Assembly (NCBI GenBank): GCA_965207975.1
Contig: OZ242315.1
Location: forward strand, 5,066,449-5,130,448
Direction: 5' to 3'
Length of the DNA stretch: 64,000 nucleotides
Origin: Candidatus Poribacteria bacterium
Lineage (GTDB): Bacteria; Poribacteria; WGA-4E; PCPOR2b
Under the pieces are notes generated by a model that searched no databases, was not told the DNA's origin, and saw only the letters and a program-made list of their open reading frames with translations. The translations under genes and the position numbers were made by a program. Each line of letters opens with the position of its first letter. Within the stretch, counting starts at the first letter, position 1. Of this stretch, positions 1 to 9,432 are shown piece after piece.

Positions 1-422
1 AAGTTAAAGGGACCCTCCCTCCTAGAGGTGAAAGCAATCCGTTTACCGTCAGGAGACCATGAAGGATCCCAGTCATCAGCGGGATTGTTAGTCAGGTTTT
101 GCTGATTGCTTCCATCGGCGTCCATCACGTAGATGTCATGAGTGGGCCGACCGTGTCTGTCAACGTGCCCATCCCTATCGGACTTGAAGGCTATCTGTTT
201 GCCGTCGGGCGACCATACGGGATCCCGATCGCCATCGGAATTATTGGTGAGTTTTCGCAGATTGCCCCCATCAGGGTCCATCACGTAGATTTCATTGTCC
301 CCATCCCTATTGGACGAGAAGGCAATCTGTGCCTGTGCATCAACGGCTACCATCATCGGTGTCAGACTTAATGCTACAACGCTAGCTAAAATCATACGGG
401 CGAGACTATGTCTTCGGTGCAT
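1..422 (-). CDS. PD40/TolB-like beta-propeller repeat protein, secreted (array paralog 1; 5' part only, C-terminus lies beyond window start)
   Basis: Reverse-complement translation from ATG at 420-422 gives [32 protein letters not shown] followed by repeating ...EIYVMD.DG...[12 protein letters not shown]... units. RBS GGAGG upstream on minus strand. Same family as the 8 genes that follow. Confidence 0.8.
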   Translation of the reverse strand, partial: MHRRHSLARMILASVVALSLTPMMVAVDAQAQIAFSSNRDGDNEIYVMDPDGGNLRKLTNNSDGDRDPVWSPDGKQIAFKSDRDGHVDRHGRPTHDIYVMDADGSNQQNLTNNPADDWDPSWSPDGKRIAFTSRREGPFN

Positions 423-489
423 CTGCTATGCCTCCTATGGTTTCAAATCGGTTGTTTATCCTTAAAGGTTGTTCTCTCAACAATGGTAG

Positions 490-1467
490 TTAGCGGTCTG
501 CCTGTTTGACCCGTCCCCATAGCGTGAGGACCTTATCGCCGGGCGCAACGGAAAAAGCAGAACCAAACCATGCAGGAGCAAGGTCATCTTCGGGATGATT
601 GGTGATGTTTCGAGGACTGCTCCCATCTGCATTCATTACAAAGATGTCAGGGTTCCCATCCGCCTCTCTATCAGATACGAAGACAATCCGCCTCCCGTCA
701 GGGGACCATGAGGGTTCCGTATCCTTAAAGGGATGATTGGTGAGATTTCGTGGATTACCCCCATCGGCATCCATCACATAGATTTCACCGTTCTTATCCC
801 TCCAGGACTCAAAGGCAATGTGCTCACCGTCAGGAGACCATGAGGGGTTCTTATCAGACTTGGCATTATTGGAGAGGTTTTTGAGTTTGCCTCCATCGGC
901 GTTCATCACGTAGATTTCCATGTTCCCAGCCCCCCAGGCATAAAAGACAATGCGCCTTCCGTCCGGGGACCAAGACGGCCCATAGTCAGGAGAGCCACTA
1001 TTGGTGATGTTTTTTGGTTTGCTCCCATCGGCGTTCATCACGTAGATTTCACTGCCCCCATCCCTACTCGACACGAAGGCAATCCGTTTGCCATCGGGTG
1101 ACCATGCGGGGTCCCAGTCATCAAAGTCATTGTCAGAAAGGTTTCGTTGATTTGCCCCGTCGGCATCCATCACGTAGATTTGTCGGTTCCAATCCTTACC
1201 ACTCCTATCAGCCGTAAAGACAATCTGTTTACCGTCGGGAGACCATGAGGGGTACTCGTCATCACCAGGGGCGTTAGTCAGGTTTCGCAGATTACCACCA
1301 TCGATATCCATCACGTAGATCTCCCACTCCCAATCGCCCCAAACCCTATCAGACGCGAAAACAATCTGTGTCTGCGCCTGTGCATCAACGCAGGCTATCA
1401 GCAGCGTCAGACCCAAGACTATCACACTAGCTAAAATGAAATGTGCGAGACTGTCCCTTCGTTGCAT
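490..1467 (-). CDS. PD40/TolB-like beta-propeller repeat protein, secreted (paralog 2, 6 blades)
   Basis: ORF track 325 aa. N-terminus MQRRDSLAHFILASVIVLGLTLLIACVDAQAQ (signal peptide, AQA cleavage motif). Six EIYVMDx[10 protein letters not shown] blades. Conserved tail PAWFGSAFSVAPGDKVLTLWGRVKQADR. GAGGAGG RBS. Confidence 0.88.
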   Translation of the reverse strand: MQRRDSLAHFILASVIVLGLTLLIACVDAQAQTQIVFASDRVWGDWEWEIYVMDIDGGNLRNLTNAPGDDEYPSWSPDGKQIVFTADRSGKDWNRQIYVMDADGANQRNLSDNDFDDWDPAWSPDGKRIAFVSSRDGGSEIYVMNADGSKPKNITNSGSPDYGPSWSPDGRRIVFYAWGAGNMEIYVMNADGGKLKNLSNNAKSDKNPSWSPDGEHIAFESWRDKNGEIYVMDADGGNPRNLTNHPFKDTEPSWSPDGRRIVFVSDREADGNPDIFVMNADGSSPRNITNHPEDDLAPAWFGSAFSVAPGDKVLTLWGRVKQADR

Positions 1468-1535
1468 CTGTTATCCCTCCTCTGTTTTCAAATCAGTTTT
1501 TTTATTCCTAAACACAGCTCTCTCAACAGTAGCAG

Positions 1536-2396
1536 TTATCGATCAATCTGTTTCAGCCTTCCCCATATTGTAAACCTTTTGCCGGCGGGAGACACCGAAA
1601 AAGGGGAGTTAAGCCATGCAGGACTAGCGTCACTACCGGTATGATCGGTGAGGTTTTGAGATTTGCCTCCATTGACATCCATCACGTAGATTTCAGGGTT
1701 CCCATCCCTACGGGAATAGAAGGCAATGCGCTTGCCATCGGGTGACCATGAGGGCCAGGCGTCAGTCTCGCGATTTTCAGTGAGTCTTTGTTGATTACGG
1801 CCATCGATGTCCATCACGTAGATTTCAAAGTTCTCCCAGTCCCCCTTCCTATCAGACGCGAAGGCAATCCGTTGGCCGTCAGGAGACCATGAGGGATCCC
1901 GGTCATTTTTGCGATTCTCAGTGAGTCTTTGTTGATTGCCCCCGTCGGCGTCCATCACGTAGATTTCAGAAGTGAGTCCAGATGCCCCCTTAAAGTGCCC
2001 ATCCCTAACGGTACTGAAGACAATGCGTTTACCGTCAGGGGACCAGGAAGGATCCCTGTCTTCAGTGAGATTGTTAGTGAGATTTTGAGGATTGCCACCA
2101 TTGGCACCCATCACGTAGATTTCAATGTTATGAGGATTATCCCAATCCCTATTAGACTGGAAAGCAATTCGTGTGCCATCCGGTGACCATGAGGGACGAC
2201 TGTCATGAAAAGGACTGTTAGTGAGATTTTGAGGATTGCCACCATTAGCACCCATCACGTAGATCTCAGCGTTCTCATCCCTCTGAGAGACGAAGGCAAT
2301 CCGTGCCTGTGCGTCAACAACCACCACCAGCAGTGTCAGCACCAAGGCTACTGCGCCAGCTAAAATCGTATATGCGAAATTGTATCTCCGGTGCAT
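1536..2396 (-). CDS. PD40/TolB-like beta-propeller repeat protein, secreted (paralog 3, 5 blades)
   Basis: 286 aa. MHRRYNFAYTILAGAVALVLTLLVVVVDAQA signal peptide, PD40 repeats, conserved C-terminal tail ...[28 protein letters not shown]. Confidence 0.88.
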   Translation of the reverse strand: MHRRYNFAYTILAGAVALVLTLLVVVVDAQARIAFVSQRDENAEIYVMGANGGNPQNLTNSPFHDSRPSWSPDGTRIAFQSNRDWDNPHNIEIYVMGANGGNPQNLTNNLTEDRDPSWSPDGKRIVFSTVRDGHFKGASGLTSEIYVMDADGGNQQRLTENRKNDRDPSWSPDGQRIAFASDRKGDWENFEIYVMDIDGRNQQRLTENRETDAWPSWSPDGKRIAFYSRRDGNPEIYVMDVNGGKSQNLTDHTGSDASPAWLNSPFSVSPAGKRFTIWGRLKQIDR

Positions 2397-2555
2397 CTGT
2401 ATTTCTCCTCTGTTCTCAAAAAAACCGTCAGGTCGTGATTCGGAGGGGACACCCCCTACCTCTACCGTATGTTTTTAGTAGGAGGGCATTCCGACTCCCG
2501 ACGATTGCGCCGGTTTCTAACGTGTGATTTATCAACGTTTTCCCGACAATGATAG

Positions 2556-3590
2556 TCACCGGTTGACCTGTTTGAGCTGTCCCCATATTGTAAACTTTTT
2601 GTCCGCGGGAGAAATCGAAAAAGGAGAATTCAACCATGCAGGAGTAACGTCACCACGCGGATGATTGGTGAGGTTTTGAGGATTGCCTCCATCGGCGTCT
2701 ATCACGTAAATTTCAGTGTTGTGCAAGTCCCCCTCCCGATTAGACCAAAAGGCAATCCGTTCGCCATCGGGGGACCATGAGGGGTCCTGGTCAAAACGGC
2801 GATTTTCAGTGAGTTTTTGCGGATTCTCCCCATCGGCGTCCATCACGTAGATCTCAGTGTTTTGAAGGTCACCCTTCCTATCAGATGAGAAGGCGATCCG
2901 TTTACCGTCCGGAGACCATGAAGGATACGAGTCATTATTGCGATTTTCGGTGAGTCTTTGCGGATTGCCCCCAGCCGCGTCCATCACGTAGATCTCAGAA
3001 GTGATTCCACCTTCGCCTCTAAAGTGTCCCTCCCTCTTAGACGAGAAGATAATGCGTTGACCGTCGGGGGACCATGAGGGATACCTGTCATAATTGGGAT
3101 TATTAGTGAGTCTTTGTTGATTCCCCCCATTGGCATCCATCACGTAGATTTCATAAGCGGCTACAAAGTCTATAAATTTCCCATCCCAAGACGCGAAGGC
3201 AATCCGTTTACCGTCCGGAGACCATGAGGGATCCCTGTCATAATTGGGATTGTTAGTCAGATTTTGAAGATTACCACCATCGGCGTCCATCACGTAGATT
3301 TCATAAGTGGACCAACCGTGTATAACGTGAACGTGACCATCCCGATTAGACATGAAGGCAATCCGTTTACCGTCGGGGGACCATGAAGGTGAAAGATCAT
3401 TTTTGGGATTATTGGTGAGTCTTTGCGGATTCCCCCCATCAGCACCCATCACGTAGATTTCAGGGTTCCCATCCCTATTAGACATGAAGGTAATCTGTGC
3501 CTGCGCGTCAATGACCATCAACAGCAGCACTAGATCCAAGGCTACAACGCTAGCTAAAAGAAAATGTGTCAAATTGTCCCTTCGTTGCAT
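2556..3590 (-). CDS. PD40/TolB-like beta-propeller repeat protein, secreted (paralog 4)
   Basis: ORF extends to 3614 (MKTEEAWQ...), but the family-conserved start MQRRDNLTHF with a GAGGAGG RBS places the start at 3590. Six PD40 blades and the conserved tail. Confidence 0.85.
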   Translation of the reverse strand: MQRRDNLTHFLLASVVALDLVLLLMVIDAQAQITFMSNRDGNPEIYVMGADGGNPQRLTNNPKNDLSPSWSPDGKRIAFMSNRDGHVHVIHGWSTYEIYVMDADGGNLQNLTNNPNYDRDPSWSPDGKRIAFASWDGKFIDFVAAYEIYVMDANGGNQQRLTNNPNYDRYPSWSPDGQRIIFSSKREGHFRGEGGITSEIYVMDAAGGNPQRLTENRNNDSYPSWSPDGKRIAFSSDRKGDLQNTEIYVMDADGENPQKLTENRRFDQDPSWSPDGERIAFWSNREGDLHNTEIYVIDADGGNPQNLTNHPRGDVTPAWLNSPFSISPADKKFTIWGQLKQVNR

Positions 3591-3739
3591 CTGCCATGCC
3601 TCCTCTGTTTTCAAATCGGTTTCTCATCCGTTGGGTTTGATAGAGGTCAACTGTCGGTTTATTATCGCATAAACTCGTCGCACCTGCCTCGGTGTTTATG
3701 ACTTAACCTCAACAAACCTCGTTTTCTCAATAATAGCAG

Positions 3740-4720
3740 TTATCGGTCGGTCTGCTTGAGCCGGCCCCATATCATGAGGGTTTTACCGGTGGGCGCAACT
3801 GAAAGAACAGAGTTATACCATGCAGGAGCAGTGTCATCCTCGGGATGATTAGTGAGGTTTTGCGGATTGCCTCCATCGGCGTCCATTATGTAGATATCCG
3901 GATTCAAATCCCTCGTCCTTTTCGATACGAAGGCAATCCGTTTGCTGTTGGGAGACCATGAGGGATTCCAATCTCTATCGGGATGGTGCGTAAGGTTGCG
4001 CTGATTATCTCCATTGACATCCATCACATAGATGTCCCGAGATCCCGGGTTCCCCTTGGAAGTATAAGCAATGCGCTTACCGTCCGGAGACCATGACGGA
4101 TCCTCGTCAGTACGGTCATTATTGGAGAGGTTTTTGAGTTTGCCACCATCGGCGTTCATCACATAGATGTCCATCTTCCCACCCCTAATGGAAGCAAAGA
4201 CAATGCGCTTGCCGTCAGGTGACCAGGAGGGATTATCGTAAAGAGTGTTATTCTTGGTAAGGTTTTCAGGTTTGCCACCATCGGCGTTCATCACGTAGAT
4301 GTCCATCTTCCCACCCCTAATGGAAACAAAGACAACGCGCTCACCGTCCGGTGACCAGGAGGGATCCCAGTCATCAAAATCATTGTTAGAAAGGTTTTGC
4401 TGATTGCCCCCATCGGCGTCCATTGCGTAGATTTGCCGGTTCCCACCCATATCATTCCTATCAGAGCTAAAGACAATCCATTTACCGTCCGGAGACCAGG
4501 AGGGGTCCTTATCATCACCAGGGCTGTTAGTGAGGTTTTGTAGATTCCCACCATCGGTATCCATCAGGTAGATCTCCCATTGCCAAGTGTCCCAATCCCT
4601 ATCAGAAGCGAAGACAATCTGTGCCTGAGCCTGAGCATCAACGACTACCATCAGCAGCGTTAGTCCCAACACGACAACGCTAGCTAAAATCAGATGTGCG
4701 AGAGTATCCCTCCGTTGCAT
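3740..4720 (-). CDS. PD40/TolB-like beta-propeller repeat protein, secreted (paralog 5)
   Basis: 326 aa. Conserved signal peptide and tail. Contains two near-identical adjacent blades (…IRGGKMDIYVMNADGGK… twice). Confidence 0.88.
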   Translation of the reverse strand: MQRRDTLAHLILASVVVLGLTLLMVVVDAQAQAQIVFASDRDWDTWQWEIYLMDTDGGNLQNLTNSPGDDKDPSWSPDGKWIVFSSDRNDMGGNRQIYAMDADGGNQQNLSNNDFDDWDPSWSPDGERVVFVSIRGGKMDIYVMNADGGKPENLTKNNTLYDNPSWSPDGKRIVFASIRGGKMDIYVMNADGGKLKNLSNNDRTDEDPSWSPDGKRIAYTSKGNPGSRDIYVMDVNGDNQRNLTHHPDRDWNPSWSPNSKRIAFVSKRTRDLNPDIYIMDADGGNPQNLTNHPEDDTAPAWYNSVLSVAPTGKTLMIWGRLKQTDR

Positions 4721-4804
4721 CTGTTATTCCTCCTCTGTTCTCAAATCGACCGTTTATTGTTTAGGAGTGATAGAGGTCCGCTGGTGTTGGCAACCCCTTT
4801 ACAA

Positions 4805-4880
4805 TTATAGTTATAATATAGACACAAATTCCTACTGGGAGTTCTCAAGTAAAGTAACAATTCGGACTATTATCATGTGA
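4805..4880. repeat. About 75-nt conserved non-coding element (tatagttataat(t)atagacacaaattccNactNggagttctcaagtaaagtaacaattcgga) upstream of paralog 5; second copy at 7162-7240 upstream of paralog 7
   Basis: Two copies at about 90% identity seen directly. Contains a TATAAT-like hexamer. Confidence 0.55.
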
Positions 4881-4964
4881 AATCTTTGCCCCTGCTTTGG
4901 CGTTTATGATATACCCCCTCACACTCATACATCTCAGCAAACCCTGTTTTCTCAGTAATCGCAG

Positions 4965-5981
4965 TTATCGGTCAACCTGTTTGAGCCGTCCCCACATTGT
5001 AAACCTTTTGCCTACGGGAGAAACCGAAAACGGAGAGTTCAACCATGCAGGACTATAGTCACCATGGGGATTATTGGTAAGGTTCTGCTGATTTCCACCA
5101 TCAGCGTCCATCACGTAAATTTCAGCGTTCTCATCCCTCCTAGACATGAAGGCAATCCGTTTGCCATCGGGGGACCATGAGGGATGCCTGTCAGAGACGC
5201 GATTTTCAGTGAGTCGCTGTGGATTCCCACCATCGGCGTCCATCACGTAGATGTCCCAGTTTACAACGTCCCCCTTCCTATCAGACTCGATGGCAATCCG
5301 TTTACCGTCAGGGGACCATGAGGAATTCCAGTCATTATTGCGATTGTCAGTGAGTCTTTGTTCATTACCCCCATCGGCGTCCATCACGTAAATTTCATAA
5401 GTAATTCCAAAGTCGTTTTTAAAGTGCCCATCCCTACGGGCACTGAAGGCAATCCGTTTGCCGTCGGGAGACCAGGAGGGATACTGGTCCTCAGTGAGAT
5501 TGTTAGTGAGTCTTTGTTGATTGCTTCCGTCGGCGTCCATCACGTAGATTTCAATGTTATGATCCCTATTATTATCCCTATCAGACGAAAATACGATGCG
5601 TTTACCGTCGGGAGACCACGAGGGGGACCCGTCATTAGAGGGATCGTTAGTGACGTTTTGTTGATTTCGTCCATCAGCATCCATCACGTAAATTTCATAA
5701 TTAGGAGAATCGCGTATGTTAACGTGCCCATCCCTATCGGACACGAAGGCAATCCGTTTACCGTCAGGAGACCAGGAGGGTGAAGCGTCAACATGGCGAT
5801 TATTGGTGAGTCTCTGTGGATTACCCCCATCGTCGTCCATCACGTAGATTTCAGTGTTCCCATCTCTATTAGACACAAAGGCAATCCGTGCCTGTGCATC
5901 AACGTTTACCATCAGCAGCGTTAGACCTAACACGATAACGCTAACTAAAATCATATATGTGAGTTTGTCCCTTCGTTGCAT
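4965..5981 (-). CDS. PD40/TolB-like beta-propeller repeat protein, secreted (paralog 6)
   Basis: 338 aa. Conserved [32 protein letters not shown]-terminus, 6 blades, tail ...PAWLNSPFSVSPVGKRFTMWGRLKQVDR. Confidence 0.88.
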   Translation of the reverse strand: MQRRDKLTYMILVSVIVLGLTLLMVNVDAQARIAFVSNRDGNTEIYVMDDDGGNPQRLTNNRHVDASPSWSPDGKRIAFVSDRDGHVNIRDSPNYEIYVMDADGRNQQNVTNDPSNDGSPSWSPDGKRIVFSSDRDNNRDHNIEIYVMDADGSNQQRLTNNLTEDQYPSWSPDGKRIAFSARRDGHFKNDFGITYEIYVMDADGGNEQRLTDNRNNDWNSSWSPDGKRIAIESDRKGDVVNWDIYVMDADGGNPQRLTENRVSDRHPSWSPDGKRIAFMSRRDENAEIYVMDADGGNQQNLTNNPHGDYSPAWLNSPFSVSPVGKRFTMWGRLKQVDR

Positions 5982-6075
5982 CTGTTATTCCTCCTCTGTA
6001 GTCAAATCGGTTTTTATTCTTTGTTGAACACTCAAAGCCTCCGCTCCGAGAGTCTTCGACTTCCCCTAATAGTAG

Positions 6076-7050
6076 TTATCGGTCAACCTGTTTGAGCCGT
6101 CCCCACATTGTAAACTTTTTGCCTGCGGGAGCAACTGAAAGAACAGCGTTAAGCCATGCAGGAACTTCGTCATCATCGGGATGATTGGTGAGATTTCGTA
6201 GATTCCCCCCATCGCCGTCCATTACGTAGATGTCCCGATTCAAATCCCCATTCCTATTCGACACGAAGGCAATGCTTTTGCCATCGGGTGACCATGAGGG
6301 GTGGAAGTCAACATCGGGATGATTGGTGAGGTTTCGCTGATTCTCCCCATTGGCATCCATCACATAGATGTCCCGGTTTCCCATATTCCTCAAGGAAGTA
6401 AAAGCAATGCGTTTACCGTCCGGTGACCATGAGGGATCCTCGTCAGTACGGTCATTATTGGAGAGGTTTTTAGGCTTGCCCCCATCGTCGTCCATCACGT
6501 AGATGTCTGGTTTCCCACCCCTAACGGAAACAAAGACAATCCGTTTGCCATCTGGAGACCACGAGGGTGAATAGTCAGGAAAGGGATTGTTAGAGAGGTT
6601 TTCAGGGTTGCCCCCATCGGCATCCATCACGTAGATTTCGCTAGCCCCCTTCCTATTAGACACGAAGGCAATCCGTTGACCGTCAGGAGACCATGCGGGG
6701 TCCCAGTCATCAAAGTCATTGTTAGAAAGATTTCGCTGACTCCCTCCATCGTTGTCCATCACGTAGATTTGCCGGTTCCCACCCATATCATTCCTATCAG
6801 ACGAGAAGGCAATTCGTTGGCCGTCCGGAGACCATGAGGGGTCCCTATCATCACCAGGGTTGTTAGTGAGGTTTCGCTGATTGCTCCCATTGTTGTCCAT
6901 CACGTAGATTTCAAACTTTAGAATATCCCAATCCCGATCAGACTCAAAGGCAATCTGCGCCTGTACCTCAACGGCTACCATCAACAGCGTCAGAACCAAA
7001 ACTATAACACTAGCTAAAATCAGATGTGCAAGACTGTATCTCCGTTGCAT
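6076..7050 (-). CDS. PD40/TolB-like beta-propeller repeat protein, secreted (paralog 7)
   Basis: ORF to 7065 (MEEGQ...). Family-conserved start MQRRYSLAHLILASVIVLVLTLLMVAVEVQAQ at 7050 with RBS. Six blades and conserved tail. Confidence 0.85.
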   Translation of the reverse strand: MQRRYSLAHLILASVIVLVLTLLMVAVEVQAQIAFESDRDWDILKFEIYVMDNNGSNQRNLTNNPGDDRDPSWSPDGQRIAFSSDRNDMGGNRQIYVMDNDGGSQRNLSNNDFDDWDPAWSPDGQRIAFVSNRKGASEIYVMDADGGNPENLSNNPFPDYSPSWSPDGKRIVFVSVRGGKPDIYVMDDDGGKPKNLSNNDRTDEDPSWSPDGKRIAFTSLRNMGNRDIYVMDANGENQRNLTNHPDVDFHPSWSPDGKSIAFVSNRNGDLNRDIYVMDGDGGNLRNLTNHPDDDEVPAWLNAVLSVAPAGKKFTMWGRLKQVDR

Positions 7051-7161
7051 CTGTCCTTCCTCCATTATAGTTCGTTCATGTTAAGATTTAGTGCAAAGAA
7101 ACCGAGTTTTTTCGGAAAAACTCGATTTCTCTTCGTATTTCGCACTTTCTTTTTACATGAG

Positions 7162-7240
7162 CCTTATAGTTATAATTATAGACACAAATTCCGACTAGGA
7201 GTTCTCAAGTAAAGTAACAATTCGGATTAAATAGTCATAA
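7162..7240. repeat. Second copy of the 75-nt conserved upstream element (see 4805-4880)
   Basis: Direct comparison with 4805-4880. Confidence 0.55.
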
Positions 7241-7322
7241 TCCCGTGTGTCAATCATCTTACTCCTAAGTTGCGATAACAAGGATACCAACTCACAACAT
7301 AAAAAATCCATTCACTTTTAGG

Positions 7323-7347
7323 AGTTTGGACTTAATATGTCCAAACT
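7323..7347. promoter_or_regulatory. Perfect 9-bp inverted repeat with 7-bp spacer (agtttggac-ttaatat-gtccaaact), candidate operator in the divergent P7/regulator intergenic region
   Basis: Seen directly in sequence. Lies about 200 bp upstream of the SgrR-like regulator and about 270 bp upstream of paralog 7. Confidence 0.3.
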
Positions 7348-7550
7348 CTTCAAAAATGCGCCGTTCGTCATGTTGGCGGAACGGTTTTTCTGGTCCATAT
7401 CCGTTAAAAACTAGTTGCAAATTGAAGGCAAGGAGGTTTATACTGTGTTCGGTGTGGAAAAAGTGTCTGAAAGTTCGATCGTAAGCATCAAATACCCCTA
7501 TCGTTGGAAATTCCGTTCCCAAAGATGGATCTGAATTGGCAGGTGCACAA

Positions 7551-9158
7551 ATGTCCAAAGTCGATACACTCCTCAAACTGATTGCCTATCAAAAGCAACA
7601 CCCCCAAGCAAGCTATGAAGAAATTGCCCAAGGGATTGGAATGTCATCACGACATGTCAGACGATGCGAAAAAGAGGTAAACCTTCTCAAACACCAGTTG
7701 GTTGAACCAGTCCTGCAACCGGGGCAGATCCAACTTCTGCTATCACTACTGAACCGACGTGACCCCGACCAGAAGGAGATTGCCCAACAACTTCAAGAGC
7801 ATATTGGGATTTCCTACACCGGAACCCTTCGCATCAAGCAGCCCGATGAGCAAGTGCCCTTGAGCTGGCTTGAAATCGGGGAGTTGAGTTCCGCCGTCGA
7901 AATGGGGTCCTCAGAGCGTCCGGACCCGATTCTGAGTTACTGGCTGCACCACTTATGCTATGATCCCCTCATGATGTCCCACCGAAACGGAGAAATCGAA
8001 GGACGGCTTGCAACCAGTTGCGAGCCTGTGCAAGGAAACTCTCAGTGGCAGCTGACCTTGAGAGAGGACCTCCGTTGGAGTGATGGAAAGCCGATTACGC
8101 ACGAAGAGATCATCGCGGCGTTTTCCGAGAGCCGCATCGCACCGATTATCGCAGAGATTAAACCGGACGGTAAGAACCAACTCCGGGTCCAACTTTCCCA
8201 AGAAGCACCGCTCTTCCCATTCCATCTGCGAGGTATCTGCCCACACCCCTCCCATTCTTCCCGACCTTACCGTGTGATCTCCGGCCCCTATCGAGTGAAG
8301 TATTTTCGCCCGGCTGCCATGACCTTTCGCTTTGAGCAGAATCCACATTACTACCGCGGAGTGGACAGCAGCATTGACGGGTTAACCTTGAGGCGTTTCG
8401 CACACCCCGCCAACGCCATTAAGGCGGTTGAGAGCGGCACACTGGATCTGCTTGCTGTCCATCTCCATGCGATGCAGTCCCTCTACCAATTCCCAACGAC
8501 GGTGCCTTGGCAGCAGTGGCCCTTTTTTGGAGATAGCTACTACGCCCTATTCCTCAACCGGCATCATGGGCCTCTATCGGATGAAAGGAACTGTAGGATG
8601 CTTAAAGAAGCGATCGATTACCGAGCTATTAACCTCTATCTGCGCATGGGCCAAGTTGCTGAGGAAGAAAACCTCTCACCACCTTCTCACTCTCCTCTTG
8701 ACATTCGGATTTACAGCTCGGGCGGCGTTTTTCGCGATTTGGTTCACCCCATTGGCAAGTCAATAGGTTCTTCTGTCGTGAATCCTATCTCTGGCAAAGG
8801 AGAGATGCGGGAAGAGGCGGACGCTTTTTTAACTCAACCCGTTTTTGGTCTGGAGTACCATAACCTATCCCGATTCTTCCATTCCGACGGAGAAGATAAC
8901 TTTTTCGGCTACTCCAATCCCCAAGTTGACGAGATGCTCTCTCAACTCAATAGCATAGGGAACTTAGGGGCAAGAAGAAGAATTGGGCGGCAGATATTGT
9001 CCCTCGTACAGGAGGATTTCGCGGTGATCCTGTTGGCACCCGACCTTCACTATTCACTCTCCCCGTTAGAAATCCAGTTTGACGATAACCTTACCCACAT
9101 TATCGATCTGATTCAAAACATGAGCCAAATCACTGTGGAGCGGCATCGGTCCGGTTAG
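7551..9158 (+). CDS. SgrR-family transcriptional regulator (N-terminal HTH fused to a solute-binding-protein family 5-like domain)
   Basis: N-terminus ...YEEIAQGIGMSSRHVRRCEKEV... is HTH-like. The central ...QWQLTLREDLRWSDGKPITHEEIIAAF... matches the SBP_bac_5 signature arrangement seen in SgrR-type regulators. The track ORF starts at a TTG (7536); ATG at 7551 (MSKVD) has an AGGTG RBS. Confidence 0.6.
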   Translation: MSKVDTLLKLIAYQKQHPQASYEEIAQGIGMSSRHVRRCEKEVNLLKHQLVEPVLQPGQIQLLLSLLNRRDPDQKEIAQQLQEHIGISYTGTLRIKQPDEQVPLSWLEIGELSSAVEMGSSERPDPILSYWLHHLCYDPLMMSHRNGEIEGRLATSCEPVQGNSQWQLTLREDLRWSDGKPITHEEIIAAFSESRIAPIIAEIKPDGKNQLRVQLSQEAPLFPFHLRGICPHPSHSSRPYRVISGPYRVKYFRPAAMTFRFEQNPHYYRGVDSSIDGLTLRRFAHPANAIKAVESGTLDLLAVHLHAMQSLYQFPTTVPWQQWPFFGDSYYALFLNRHHGPLSDERNCRMLKEAIDYRAINLYLRMGQVAEEENLSPPSHSPLDIRIYSSGGVFRDLVHPIGKSIGSSVVNPISGKGEMREEADAFLTQPVFGLEYHNLSRFFHSDGEDNFFGYSNPQVDEMLSQLNSIGNLGARRRIGRQILSLVQEDFAVILLAPDLHYSLSPLEIQFDDNLTHIIDLIQNMSQITVERHRSG

Positions 9159-9212
9159 CAATCCACACTATTGAATCGGTATCTTCACGCAACCTACCAT
9201 CGAATCATAAAA

Positions 9213-9246
9213 AAAACCGAGTTTTTTCTTCAAAACTCGGTTTCTT
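9213..9246. terminator. AT-rich 12-bp palindromic hairpin (aaaccgagtttt-ttcttc-aaaactcggttt) between convergent genes; bidirectional terminator-like; member of a repeat family
   Basis: Inverted repeat with flanking A and T runs. Sits between the regulator stop (9158) and the paralog 8 stop (9433). Near-identical copies at 7097, 24241, 28533 and 60886. Confidence 0.4.
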
Positions 9247-9432
9247 CCTCTAGTATCGTAGATTCCATACCCGTAGGTTCCGATAGAACGGCATCGGGCA
9301 TCCCCGATAAGATCGGGATTCCGCTTATGCTCAACTTGTCCGCCCCCAAACCTGCATCAACAACCGAAATTCGTAGGGAACGGGGATCTCCGTTCCGTTT
9401 ACCCTCACGTATCACGCATTACGTATTATTCC

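Noticed and set aside
99-371. Plus-strand ORFs of 90-140 aa inside the PD40 genes (99..371, 1929..2186, 5358..5783, 9829..10221, 10516..10875), all reading …IGVHHVDF…
   Set aside because: They are the antisense reading of the repeated EIYVMDADG blades. They have no independent start or RBS and lie exactly opposite clearly real genes.
7292-7576. 94-aa minus-strand ORF overlapping the regulator start
   Set aside because: Runs through the divergent intergenic region and its palindrome. No RBS or homology. Two short same-strand uORFs with RBSs are the more plausible small features there.
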